The notes under the pieces were generated by a model. That model was given only the letters and a program-made list of their open reading frames with translations, was not told where the DNA came from and searched no databases. Positions 41,491 through 53,819 of a DNA stretch of 64,000 nucleotides are shown here, in pieces (the stretch's first letter is position 1; each line of letters begins with the position of its first letter). The position numbers and the translations under genes are program-made. The stretch is from Lama glama (taxonomy: Eukaryota), in assembly GCA_028534125.1 (NCBI GenBank), contig CM052817.1:34784001-34848000 (forward strand), given 5' to 3'.

Positions 41491-43773
41491 CTGTAAAACA
41501 AAGTGTGTTTACATTGAATATATCCTATCTGTCCCCCATGAATGTACTTTTTTCCTAAAAATTTGGAAAGGATTTACAGCCTGGATCAACAAAGCAATAT
41601 TTCTTGTTATGAGTATAAGGCGCCCCATGAATGCAGATTACTCTCATGTCAACTCAGTTGAACAGAGATCACATTCACCAAACAGACTCCATGAACATTT
41701 ACAAAAGTGTCAAGAGTAGCTGTTTCCTTTTTACCTAGGGAATTCAGTTTCAAAATAGTGTTAACTGACTGAGGGCTATGCTCTAAGTGAAACACAGACT
41801 CAGTTCAGCTGAGTTTATCTATCCCAGTATAGGGTCTTTGTTTAACTTTTTATGCCAGGTCTTAGGCATCAACATGAAAAAGTATGACCTTCATCCTGTA
41901 TCTTGATATCAATTTACTCTTCACATCCCATAACCAATGATGAGAATCTGAATATAGATCTAAGACATTTCTAGACTTACACTGATAATTCGTTCTTATT
42001 AATAGTAATAATAACAGTAATTTATTGAGCATTTAGTATGTATCAGGCACTATTCCAAGTACTTTACATTTCTTGACACAGTTTACATGTTTTGCTTTCC
42101 TATATAAGGAAGAAACTCTCTGGCTATTTAAAATGCCTATCAAGGACACACAGGGAATATGTTGACTTAATTCTTCCGTTTTTTAGTAGCTATCTTTAAA
42201 AGGAATGAATGACAGTACTACTACAGTCTACCCAAGCAATATAGAAGAGATGATACAACATATTATCCTTAAGTCAAGGAACAGCCTCCAGTCTACACTT
42301 GGAACTACACTGTACAGTGTGAAGCAAATTAACCCTCCCATCATGACTGGCACTGTTCTAATGGGATCTAGTAACATCATTCATGTATGCTCATGAAAAA
42401 TGAACTTTTACCCAGTTTAACCCTATAATCTACTCATATGAATGCCAGCATCTAGAAGAGAATTATTATTGATATGATTAACATATAACAACTTAATTGT
42501 ACCAAATTAAAAAAAGAAAACAGAGGAAAGTGCATTGCTTCATTTGATGTTAAGATACTTCCCAAATAAATATAAGAATTTAACTCTATTGAGCATAATA
42601 AACTATAATTTTGGTGATTAAGTTTTACTCTGTGATAGATAGAATATATATATATGAACAATAAGTCCAAATTATTTTTTATGTTAAAATTTAAAACTGG
42701 CCTACAAAACACATATCACTATGAGAAGAGCTAATACATTCATATGCATACAAAGAATGGTGGAAAATACACCAAAATGTTACAGTTGATTATCTGTCAT
42801 CTTGGGCATGGGATTTTTAGTCATTTTTATTTTCTTCTTTTTTAATCTTTCTATAATTTCCAAATTTCCTACACTTAACCTATACTACTTTAATTTCAAA
42901 TTTTTAAGAACACCTACAATCTTTTCTAATTATGAAAATAACATATTTACATTTGAAAGTGACAATCTATTGAAATTCTACCAACCACAATTATGTTTTG
43001 AGGCTAAAGTTATATTTTTCTATTTTATGGCCCAATTTTTTTCAATACTATATTGTTTACTTATTTCCACATGTACATCATCATTTTTAATAGCTGCATC
43101 ATGCTCCATTATATGATCTATCATAACATATGTAACTCAGTTACCCCTCGGCACTCAGTTTAGATATCACTTCCTTGAGACACCTTCACTTCCTCCCAAA
43201 GTCTGGGTTCAGCTCCCCTCAAATGTGTTTCAACCACAGTCTATACCATCAGACTGCACTCAATAAATGTTTAGTTGGCTGTCTTCTTTCCTAAACCACA
43301 AGCTATATGAGAGCAGAGACCATCTATGTCTGATTAATTGTTGTAGCCCCATACCTACTACAGTGCCCAATAAATGGTTGTTGAAATATAAGTTGCTTCC
43401 TTTTTAAAAAAACAAAAACAATAGAATCAACACTCCTGCACACACAAATCTGGACACTTACCCAGTCATTCTTATGGCATAAATTTCTAAAATTGAAATT
43501 GCAGAAGCAAAGGTATACACATTTAGAATTGTAATACATATTGCCAAACAGCCCTCCAAAATCCCTGTAGAAATTTACATTCACAACATATAAAGGTGTC
43601 TATTTCTTCACATGCTTGAAATACTGAGTATTGTCATCCTTTTTTTAACCTTTAACCAACGTGATATCATTTTTATGTACTACTTTTACAATTAGACAAA
43701 AATTTTTTAAGATACTACAAATTTCGCTATTCTAGATAGCTATTAATTAGGATGCAGATTTTAAAATACTAAC

Positions 43774-43882
43774 CAAGTTATATTTAGACTAATTGCTTAT
43801 GCTGAATAATAGTTCATTCACAGAATGGTTCTTCATGAAGTAAAACGGTGCACATTCTTCTGCTCGACCCTTTCCAGGGTAC
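43774..43882 (-). pseudogene. CNBD2-like pseudo-exon A (109 bp) with an in-frame stop
   Basis: Acceptor ctctccttcag|GTAC and donor TTG|gttagt. Phase 2 to 0. Reads YPGKGRAEECAPFYFMKNHSVNELLFSISN*SKYNL, with TAG at 43791-43789. The phase fits exon B. Confidence 0.72.
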
Positions 43883-44229
43883 CTGAAGGAGAGATGATAT
43901 AAATGTATAGAAAAATGTATGTGATATGTACTTGTTTGGCAGAGAAAACGTGAAGAAAATCAGTCAACATGGAGATGAACTGACTGGAGTAGAACATACA
44001 CAGTTTAACGTGCAAGTTAGGATCTGGTGGAAAACTCTAAGGTATGGATTCAAAAACCAAGGAAGATGCTGTCTTACTGCTCTAGAACTGCATTTCCAAA
44101 AGCTTACTGTCACTGTCCACAGGGATGCTACCAGTACCCCAAACTCAGTGTGTCCAAAACAAAACTCCTATTTTTCCTCTCTTCCCTTAGAATATTTAGT
44201 TAATTTTAGATCCAGGCCTATATCTAGAC

Positions 44230-44528
44230 TCACACTGTCCAATATGTAAATATCATTCATCAAATTGAGATGTGCTGTAAGTAAAGTACTCAGTGGACTT
44301 CAAAGACTTGGTATAAAACAGAATGTAAAACATCTCATTAATAATTTTTATATAGATTACTTGTTGAAATGATCATATTTTGGAGACACTGGGTTGAAAA
44401 TATATTATTAAGAAATAATTTCACCTGTTTGTTCTCTCCCTTTTTTTTTAAAGTGGCCACTAAAAATGTAAAATTACATGTGTGGCTCACATTTGTGGCT
44501 TGCACTGTATTTCTGTTGGACAGCACTG
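44230..44528. mobile_element. MER33-like hAT-Charlie element
   Basis: Termini cactgtccaata ... gttggacagcactg, with internal aattgagatgtgctgtaagt and aaaattacatgtgtggctcacatt. Confidence 0.85.
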
Positions 44529-45871
44529 ATACAGACCGTTGAGCTAGACCACTGAGCTAGATCAAGAGCTGGATTATGAAGCTAACCATCAGTTGTTGTG
44601 CTCTAAGAATCCTCTAGAAAGGAGCAAAGGAATGAGAGGAGAAAGGAGTTAGTGGTGAACTGGGTTGGTTGAACTTTGAGGAGCCAAAGAAAGGGATTTC
44701 CAGGCACGAGACAAAGAACCATAAAGCAAAGACGAGAAAATTAGGTTTGAAATGCCAGATTATCTAGAACTATGGCACTCTGCTGCTTTTGCCAGAGCCT
44801 TCAGCAGTGCCTCAGAACATTCTAAATATGTCTGAGCTGGACTATGAGGTAGCAAACTTGAGCCAAAGAGTTAAAATGGGCAAGTATGTCTCACGTGGCC
44901 AGGAGCAATCAATAAGAGAGCCAAGAGAATGTCAAACCTGAAGGGCAGAAATCCATTGCCCCACCCACCAGGAGACTCCTTGTCCAGTCCCAAGCTTGCA
45001 GTTCTGAGTTTGGGTGGAGAGTTGAGTTTGTTATGTTTTTATTTTGGTTGTGTATTTCAAGGACGGCATCACTCCCTCACACGGCCTCCTTTAACCTGTC
45101 ACAAAACCCAAGTTGTCCCAATCCCAAGGTCTACCTGAACCTCATCAGAATTTGTCACACATGAGATCTGTGCCTTGAATGCCAAAGCTATCATCAGCAT
45201 CAAACTTTGCATGCATCTCCTTTCCTATGAGCAGATGGCAGCCTGGCCCCAGTTACTTCAACATCCCTCCTAGTTTTAGCCCATGGAAATCCCCGCATGC
45301 CTTGTGTTCAGGCATGCCCAGCTACTGAACAACTGAAGCTCATGACCTCTAAAGTCTTTTTCAACCTTATGTTACAAAAACAAAAAACAGTGGTTGCCTG
45401 GAACCAGAAAGGGGCTGCGGAAACTTTGAGGAGTGAAGTCTATTTTCATCATTTTGACTGTAGTGATAGTTTGTGGGTATATGCATATATCAACGTATCA
45501 AAACGTACACTTTCACTACGTCAACTGTTTCTCCATAAAGCTTTTAAAAACAGCATTAACACATTTCCTTCTCATAACCAGTTTCATCAATCAAGAACTC
45601 AATGCATAACTACTTATCTGTCACCTACTCTGGCTATCTCCATCCCTGGTAGGAATAGGGTTTTCTTTATCAACTGGCATCTAAAAGAAGCCATTCTATT
45701 ATTTCCTTTACACAAAGTAGTATTTTAGCAGCATAGCTTCCTTAATATATTTCATTGTGTTAACTATAAGAGAAAGTCATCTGATATATGTTTGAAACTA
45801 ATGAGTTGTCTTTCCATAGACTTATCATTAGGGAATAAAGAATAAAATTCTGAAAACTTCACAACCCAGTA

Positions 45872-46222
45872 CAGACATACCTCTTTTTATTGTAACGCAC
45901 AGATACTGTGGGGATTTTTTGGTTTTGGTTTTGGTTTTTACAAATTGAAGGCTTGTAGCAACCCTGCATTGAGCAAATCTATCAGCAAAAAGATTATGAC
46001 TTGCTGAAGGCTCAGATGATGGTTAGTATTTTTTAACAATAAAGTATTTTTCAATTAAGGTATGTACATTTTTTAGATAAAATGCTATCACACACTTTTA
46101 ATAGACTATAGTGTAAAAATAACTTTCATATGTACTGGGAAACAAACAAAATTCATGTGAATCACTTTATTGTGACAGTTAATTTATTGCAGTGGTCTGG
46201 AACCGAATCTGAGGTATGCCTG
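45872..46222 (+). mobile_element. Tigger1 internal-deletion derivative
   Basis: TIRs CAGACATACCTC ... GAGGTATGCCTG, with TA at the left flank. Internal gacttgctgaaggctcagatgatggttag. Confidence 0.88.
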
Positions 46223-46237
46223 TGCAGCAGAGTAGCT

Positions 46238-46630
46238 GTGTTATGTCGGGTTTCACAGAAGCAGAGCCTGAGATAAGGATGCTTGTGCTAGTGATCTGAG
46301 GTTCTCAGGTGAAATCTAGAGGGAAGTGGGGTGAGCAGAACAAGGAAAGGGAAGAAGCCAAGCAAAGATGTAGGTCCAGCTGTATCCCCAGCCTGATCCC
46401 ACAGGCAGCTGTGGAGTATGAACGACACTGCAAAGCTATTCCCTTTTGAGGCAGGAGGTGTCTTCCTAGCAATCTTCCTTCAGCTACAGACCACACCTGC
46501 AAGTCTTGGGCTGTAACCACCTGGGCATTTCCCAGTGAGGCAGTTCCATTAACAAGGGCTATTCTTGAGAGAAGGCACAGCTGTGAGCTGTTGGCAGCCT
46601 ATACTCTTAGCAGCTGGAGAATATGGCCAC
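46238..46630. mobile_element. Old MLT1 LTR
   Basis: gtcgggtttcacagaagcagagcctgagataagg...cacagctgtgagctgttggcagcc...cagcagctgg. Confidence 0.6.
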
Positions 46631-46967
46631 CCACCTACCTGAAAAACTCCATGTTTCAGTTTTCTCATCTGTAAAATGGGACTAATAATAGCAGCTACTT
46701 CATATGCTTGTCAAAACTAAATAATAATGCAGTTAAGCACTCAGAATCTCACTTTGTATTAAATAGTATATGTAATTTGCTTAGAATCACGCATAAGCAC
46801 ATAGTAAATGCTCGATAAATATCATGTTTTTGTTGCTGTTATTGTGTCCTGAGGTCCCCACACCAGGTGTCTCATTGCCCAAGTGCTATCCTCACCTGGA
46901 CTCAATGAGATTTTTGCCCCAGCATTACTTCATTAAGGGCAATCCAAATACCATATGAGATAGCTCA

Positions 46968-47467
46968 NNNNNNNNNNNNNNNNNNNNNNNNNNNNNNNNN
47001 NNNNNNNNNNNNNNNNNNNNNNNNNNNNNNNNNNNNNNNNNNNNNNNNNNNNNNNNNNNNNNNNNNNNNNNNNNNNNNNNNNNNNNNNNNNNNNNNNNNN
47101 NNNNNNNNNNNNNNNNNNNNNNNNNNNNNNNNNNNNNNNNNNNNNNNNNNNNNNNNNNNNNNNNNNNNNNNNNNNNNNNNNNNNNNNNNNNNNNNNNNNN
47201 NNNNNNNNNNNNNNNNNNNNNNNNNNNNNNNNNNNNNNNNNNNNNNNNNNNNNNNNNNNNNNNNNNNNNNNNNNNNNNNNNNNNNNNNNNNNNNNNNNNN
47301 NNNNNNNNNNNNNNNNNNNNNNNNNNNNNNNNNNNNNNNNNNNNNNNNNNNNNNNNNNNNNNNNNNNNNNNNNNNNNNNNNNNNNNNNNNNNNNNNNNNN
47401 NNNNNNNNNNNNNNNNNNNNNNNNNNNNNNNNNNNNNNNNNNNNNNNNNNNNNNNNNNNNNNNNNNN
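46968..47467. other. Assembly gap (500 N)
   Basis: Run of N. It adjoins the 3' portion of an L1. Confidence 1.
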
Positions 47468-49490
47468 TGATACCTCATTGTAGTTTTGATTTGCATTTCT
47501 CTGATAATTAGTGACACTGAGCATTCTTTCATGTGTCTATTGATCATTTGTATTTCTTCCTTGGAGAATTGCTTGTTTAGGTCTTCTGCTCATTTTTGGA
47601 TTGGGTTGTTTGTTTTTTTCTTATTAAGTCGTATGAGCTGCTTATATGTTCTGGAGATCAAGCCTTTGTCGGTTTCATTTGCAAAAATTTTTTCCCATTC
47701 CATAGGTTGTCTTTTTGTTTTACTTATGATTTCCTTTGCTGTGCAGAAGCTTGTAAATTTCATTAGGTCCCATTTGTTTATTCTTGATTTTATTTCCATT
47801 GCTTGGTAGACTGCCCTCCCTAGAAGAGCATTTTTGAGATGTATGTCAGATAATGTTTTGCCTATATTTTCTTCTAGGAGGTTTATTGTATCCTGTCTTA
47901 TGTGTAAGTATTTGATACATTTTGAGTTGATTTTTGTGTATGGTGTAAGGGAGTGTTCTAGCTTCATTGATTTATATGCTGCTGTCCAGTTTTCCCAACA
48001 CCATTTGCTGAAGAGACTGTCTTTATTCCATTGTATATTCTTGCCTCCTTTGTCGAAGATTAGTTGACCTAAAGTTTGTGGGTTCATTTCTGGGCTCTCT
48101 ATTTTGTTCCATTGGTCCGTATGTCTGTTTTTGTACCAATATCATGCTTTCTTGTTTACTGTAGCTCTGTAGTATTGTCTGAAGTCTGGGAGAGTTATTC
48201 CTCCAGCCCCTTTCTTTTTCTTCATTAATGCTTTGGCAATTCTAGGTCTTTTGTGGTTCCATATAAATTTTATTATGATTTGTTCTAGTTCTGTGAAATA
48301 TGTCCTGGGTAAAAAGATAAATTGCATTAAATCTGTAGATTGCCTTGGGCAGTATGATCATTTTAACAGTATTGATTCTTCAAGTCCAGGAGCATGGGAT
48401 ATCTTTCTATTTTTTAAAGTCTTCTTTAATTTCCTTAATCAGTGTTTTATTGTTTTCTGTGTATAAGTCTTTCACCTCCTTGGTTAGATTTACTCCTAGG
48501 TATTTTATTACTTTGGATGCTATTTTAAAGGGGATTGTTTCTTTACTTTTTCTGTTGATTCATCATTAGTGTAAAGAAATGCAACTGATTTTTGAACGTT
48601 AATCTTGTAACCTGCTGCTTTGCTGAATTCTTTGATCATTTCTAGTAGTTTTTGTGTGGACCTTTTAAGGTTTTCTATACGTAGTATCATGTCATCTGCA
48701 TATAGTGACACTTTTACCTCTTCTTTTCCAATTTGGATTCCTTTTATTTCTCTCTCTTGCATGATTGCTGTGGCTAGGACTTCCAAAACTATGTTGAATA
48801 GGAGTGATGAGAGTGGGCAGCCTTGTCTTGTCCCAGATTTTAGTGGGAAGCTTTTGAGTTTTTCACCGTTGAGTACTATGCTGGCTGTAGGTTTGTCATA
48901 TATAGCTTTTATTATGTTGAGATATGTTCCCTCTATACCCACTTTGGTGAGAGTTTTTTATCATAAATGGGTGTGGAATTTTATCAAAAGCCTTTTCTGC
49001 ATCTATTGAGATGATCATGTGGTTTTTGTCCTTTCTCTTGTTGATGTGATGTATTACATTGATTGATTTGCGTATGTTGAACCATCCTTGTGTCCCTGGG
49101 ATGAACCCCATTTGATCATGATGTATAATCTTTTTTATGTGCTGTTGGATTCTATTGGCTAGTATTTTGGTATGGATTTTTGCATCTATGTTCATCAGTG
49201 ATATTGGTCTGTAATTCTCTTTTTTGGTGGCGCCTTTGCCTGGTTTTGGTATCATGGTGATGGTGGCTTCATAGAATGAGTTTGGGAGTATTCCCTCTTT
49301 TTCAATCTTCTGAAAGAGTTTGAGAAGGACTGGTATGAGTTCTTATTTGTATGTTTGGTAGAATTCCCCAGTGAAGATGTCTGGTCCTGGAGTTTTATTT
49401 GTAGGGAGGTTCTTTATTGCTAATTCGATTTCATTTCTAGTGACTGGTTTGTTCAAGTGGTCAGTTTCTTCTTGACTCAGTCTTGGTGGA
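47468..49490 (-). mobile_element. L1 ORF2 (reverse transcriptase and C-terminal region), 5'-truncated and frameshifted
   Basis: ORF track shows [30 protein letters not shown] and QLIFDKG...KWCWENW, spread over several broken frames. Confidence 0.97.
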
Positions 49491-49784
49491 TGCCTTTTCA
49501 TTTTTAGACCTTTCAATTCAGCCTGTGTCCACAAATATTTCGGTGGTTCAGGACTAATAAAAGTAAGTTCCTCTAATACTAGGTGCTTAATAAATGTCTC
49601 TTAAATGAATTAAAATGCAGTTATCAGTCTTAAAGAAAGACCTTAATTTTTCATTTTCTGTATGAACAAACCCAAATGGAACCAGACATTTTAAAGTCAA
49701 TATACAACATACAAAGAATATTTATTATTTTCCTTTGCCTAGTACTCTCCTTTCTTCTGGTAGAAGAATCCATCTTTTCTATGG

Positions 49785-50915
49785 ACAAGCCATTGCATGT
49801 GTAGTGGCAGGGCTGCTCTCCTGCCATTTGCTTGACCACAGCACAGGCATGAGCACATGACCCTGGCCTAGTCTTAGCTAGTGACAGTCCTCCTTCTCCT
49901 GGTCACAAGGGAACCTACGACCTGAATCTGACTGGTTCAGGGCTGTACAGATGATCAAGGTAGGATGGTGCCTAACCTTTTGTCTCTCCAAATCCATCCT
50001 TCTTTGCCTTGCCTTTTGATCTTGAATCTGGATCCTGAAACCTGCTAGTGGAATACTAAACTTCGTCAATAGAGGGCAACAGAATGACCCTGCAAGGCAG
50101 TAGCAGCAGGAAGATGCTTCCTTCCCAGGCTCTGGTCCTCTATTATTACCACTATTTAGGATGGGAGCCTGGCAGGTGCTCAGGGGAATTCTAGCGGTGC
50201 CCTTAGGCCAGGCCCTCCTGATCAGCAGCCTTGCATCCCCTTGGGCCACAGTGAACTCTTCTACAGCCCAGCTGCAGCCTGTCCACGCCCTCCCTTAAGG
50301 GCAAGCTGCTTCTGTAGCTGGGCTAGGCTGGGCTCCAGGACAAGCTGCTTCACCAGCAGCAGGCTTCTGGCCCCTGTGTTAGTCACCACCTCTTCAAAGA
50401 GGCCTGAACCTCCTCCTTGATGAGGAGGGGTAGCCTTTAGTCCTTAGTCTTTTACTGTTCAGTCATCCTTAATCTAAAGTTAATAACTGCTGTTTTGTAC
50501 CTGTTCCCTGTTCAAACAGCCAGTGTGGTTTCCATTTCCAGATTGGATACTGACTGATGTAAATGTCCATCAGTTTTCTCCCTGAAATTTTACACAGAGA
50601 TTCTGGGAGAAAAAGATGGTTTCTCTCTTTACTGGATCGAGAGCTGTGAGTATAAAGTAAAAGCTGGAGCTGCTTGAGGCCATTGTCCCCAAACACAGAA
50701 AAGCTATTTTGAGTTAAAAAAAAAAGATGAAGTAATGCATAGAGATAAATAGATGTGAGAGACAAATGAAGATGGAGAGAGTTCTGGTGATGTCATTTGA
50801 CCCCTTAGATCCAGCTGTTCCTGAAGACAGTTTTCCAGTCATAATCCACCCCCCCTTTTTCTTCTTAAGCAAGTTCATAAGATTTCTGTCTCTGGAAATT
50901 GAAGAAACACTAATT
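49785..50915 (+). mobile_element. Old MLT1 (J/K-like) LTR interrupted by a nested LTR
   Basis: Two halves, about 49785-49980 and about 50561-50915 (ttagatccagctgttcctgaag...ttcttaagcaagtt...gatttctgtc). Confidence 0.6.
49981..50560 (+). mobile_element. LTR41-like ERVL LTR
   Basis: ctaaacttcgtcaatagagggca... and the 3' end ccctgttc...cagtgtggtttc...tgactgat. Confidence 0.6.
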
Positions 50916-51349
50916 ATGATAGAAAGTAGTTTTGCCACAAAAGAAGTAACCACTCTTCATTTTTTGGTTTTAATAGTATCTTTAATTTTTAAAAGGATTA
51001 CTTATTTATTTAACTTTTGTTCACAATTTCCTGAAGGCAGAATTGGAAGGCTGTCTGCTGTCAGCCCTCCTTCACTGAGGGAGACTGGGGCCATGCATTG
51101 CAGTGTCCCCCTCATGGATGCCTTATTCTGAAGAATCAGCAGAAAGAAAAGTGACCGCCACTGAGATAACACACAATCATATATTAGAGTTGTCCAACTC
51201 CAGCAAAATCTAAGTCAAAGAAGGGATATGTTAACCTGACCATTCAATAAACCGTTACTGAATTTCTCCATGTTATGTACAAGGGATTACGGGGGCTGTT
51301 AGGAATACAAAACTAAACAAACTCCCCTAGTTTTAAGGAGATTTATTAA

Positions 51350-51800
51350 CTGTGTGTTTTATTTTTTGCATTCTGATGCATTGACACCTGAGGCCTTGCT
51401 GACCCAGGAAGGGTCCTATCCCCATCACCTTCCTTATCAGGCTCTCATATTCTGAACCATCCATCATATCACCCCAGGACCATGTGACAGACATCTAGGG
51501 AACCCCCTAGCTCCAGAGCCTTCTGAAATTAATCAAGCTAGCCAATCCTAAGTCTGCTTACCCTGCCTGGCTTTTCCCTCCCAGTCCTTCCCTTGGAAAC
51601 CACAATAAAGACTCTTGCACATATTTCCCCTCTCCCTCTGCCTCCTGATGGACCCTGGTGCTTCCCTATGTGACCTTCTGTGATGTGGCATGGCATGTCC
51701 CAGCCTCTTGGGATCTGTGAATATAACAAACTATCTTCTCAATGGCAATTGTCTCCTGATCTGTTGATCTTACTGAGCCTCCAATATTCTACTTCTACAC
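51350..51800 (+). mobile_element. MER74-like ERVL LTR
   Basis: ctagccaatcctaag...ggaaaccacaataaag...ccctggtgcttccc...gggatctgtgaatataacaaact. Confidence 0.7.
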
Positions 51801-52799
51801 TATACAGGGACCACATTAGGGGAACTTTAAATTTTTTCCTAGTCACAACTTACCTAAAGCTCATTGAAAACAGAGGCCATGTCCACCTAGTCACCATTGT
51901 ATCCTTGTCAGTAACTCAGTTACGTTCTAATTATCCCCTGTGAATTTCCAAGCATTGTTCATCTAACATTGCTTACACTCATTCCTTCTTTCTGATTTCT
52001 ACTAACAGCACTCCACATCAGGCTCTTATTGACAACTAACTAGGCTCCCTCTTCTGATCACTCCCTTCATCTTTCCTTCTTTCAGGTTTCTGTTCATGGT
52101 CAGTTCAAATGCCACCAGATCCACAAAGCCTCTCCTGACCCTCTCAGCTAGGGGTAGGCCTTCTATTTCGTTAACTGCCATGCTGATTTGTTTCAAATTT
52201 AACTGCACACTCTACTTTTTGCTCTAGTTATCTGTGGCCTTGTTTTATCTCTGTATCAGATTGTAAGCCTCTCCCTTGAAAGAGAGAACTCTATTTAGAC
52301 ATCTCTGTACCCTTAGATCCTAGCACAGTGCCGGGTAGGAGGTGTTTCATGACTGCTGAATGCATAGAAATATTGGATTATTAATTCCTTGAAGTCAGGG
52401 ACCATATTTTACTTCTCTTTGTATATCCTGGAATGCCTATCACAAGATCTTGCCTATAGGTCATCTATAAATATTTAGTGAATTGAGTAAGTCTGTAAAG
52501 TAGGTAGAATAAGGAGTATTAATAACCCCATTTAGCAGATAAAGAAACTGAGGCTCAGAGAAGTTAATGCTTTTCCTAAAGTCATCAAGTTAGTGTGAAG
52601 TAGTAAAGCTGGATTGGAACCCAGGTACGTTGGAACCCACTTACTCCAGAGTATTTCTCACTACCCACCATCACAGGAATAGCTGGCATACCTGAGTCAT
52701 TCTTAGGAATGACTAGGTGCTAGAAAGTTAAGGTGCTAGGAAGATAAGGATGTCATTGAAAAGTCCTCTCACAGGGCGAGATCTTGTTGTCCACTAGAT

Positions 52800-53117
52800 A
52801 CATTATAAACTGGACATTTATGTCTCCCCCAAACTCATATGTTAAATCCTAACCCCGATGTGATGGCATTAGGTGGTGGGGCATTTGGGATGTCATGAGG
52901 GTATATCCTTCATGATGGGATTAGTGACCTTATAAGTAGAAGCTAACAGCTAGTTTACTCCCTTTCCTCCATGTGAAGATACAAGGAAAAGTCAGCAGTC
53001 TGCAACCCAGAAGAGATCTCTTACCAGAACCTGACCATGCTGACACCCTGCTCTCAGACCTCCAGCCTCCAGAACTCTGGGAGACAAATGTTTGTTGATA
53101 ATGGCCCAAACTGACAA
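52800..53117 (+). mobile_element. MLT1A-type MaLR LTR
   Basis: tgtctcccccaaactcatatgttaaatcctaacccc...gaccatgctgacaccctg...ccagcctccagaact. Confidence 0.88.
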
Positions 53118-53819
53118 TGACATATGTTTTTGAAACTCTCTTGATTTTTATAAGATGAAAATTATTTCATGAGATGAAATGAAAGATAGATTTCTAAGTG
53201 TATTATGACCTTTATTGACAACAGATACTTGGATATGTTTGCAGTATTGATTTAATAAAAGGTGAAGATTTAGAATAGCATTGCTGCAAAAGATGAGGAA
53301 TTGGCAGGTATGAGGAATTTAGCATTATTTTCTTGAGAATGACATGTTGTAAGTTGATCTGAATCTCTTTGATTTCCCAGAATTTTTATTGGCTAGGTAT
53401 ATTCCACCCGGGCCCCCACATCCACCTTGGCAAAACCTCATGAGCTATTGATAAATTATTAAGCTCCGATGCAAACCCAAGTGCCAGGATTAAGCATAAA
53501 ATTGTATGTTCATCAGTGCCTAGTCAAGAGGCAGAAAACACAATGGTTATTTTGACAGAGAAAATGTAATACGGAGAATTGCTAACTAGATATAAAGAAT
53601 CTTTAACTGAAAAGGTAGAAGAAAGGCTGTGTATCATGGACGTAGTAGGAAGCAGCCACCACCCATAGGACTAGGGAACAAAGGAAAGAAGTTGAAATGA
53701 TTAAAACTTAGAAACTTAGAGGAGAGACCCTTGGGAGCTGAAAGTCAGGTCTCTGAGGAGGGATGCTGTTAGGCTGGTGAGGTGGGAGAATGTACCTGGG
53801 AGCGTTGCTGATCAGGTTC

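Larger units (their letters stand above)
28470..43882 (-). pseudogene. Non-processed pseudogene of a CNBD2-like cyclic nucleotide-binding domain protein (5 recognisable exons)
   Basis: Manual splicing of minus-strand exons 43882-43774, 41490-41420, 35019-34937, 30951-30794 and 28552-28470 gives YPGKGRAEECAPFYFMKNHSVNELLFSISN*SKYNL|SKDLEKLKTFLLIQPLHRNQENL/|LCLKKNRSFHSLPNEVQLQLCQTIICQE|FEAASMILRQGHVPLECYLIFAGYLKVMSSNTNV/KNTDSEILSEFEEDNFIG|EIYLLTNANWPTSILCKTDMKLL/ISKE. This contains the cNMP-domain motifs IxRQG, YxIxxG and FIGE..L....(R)..S. Confidence 0.88.

Noticed and set aside
46925..47547. The two longest ORFs (199 and 204 aa)
   Set aside because: They are artefacts of reading through the N gap.
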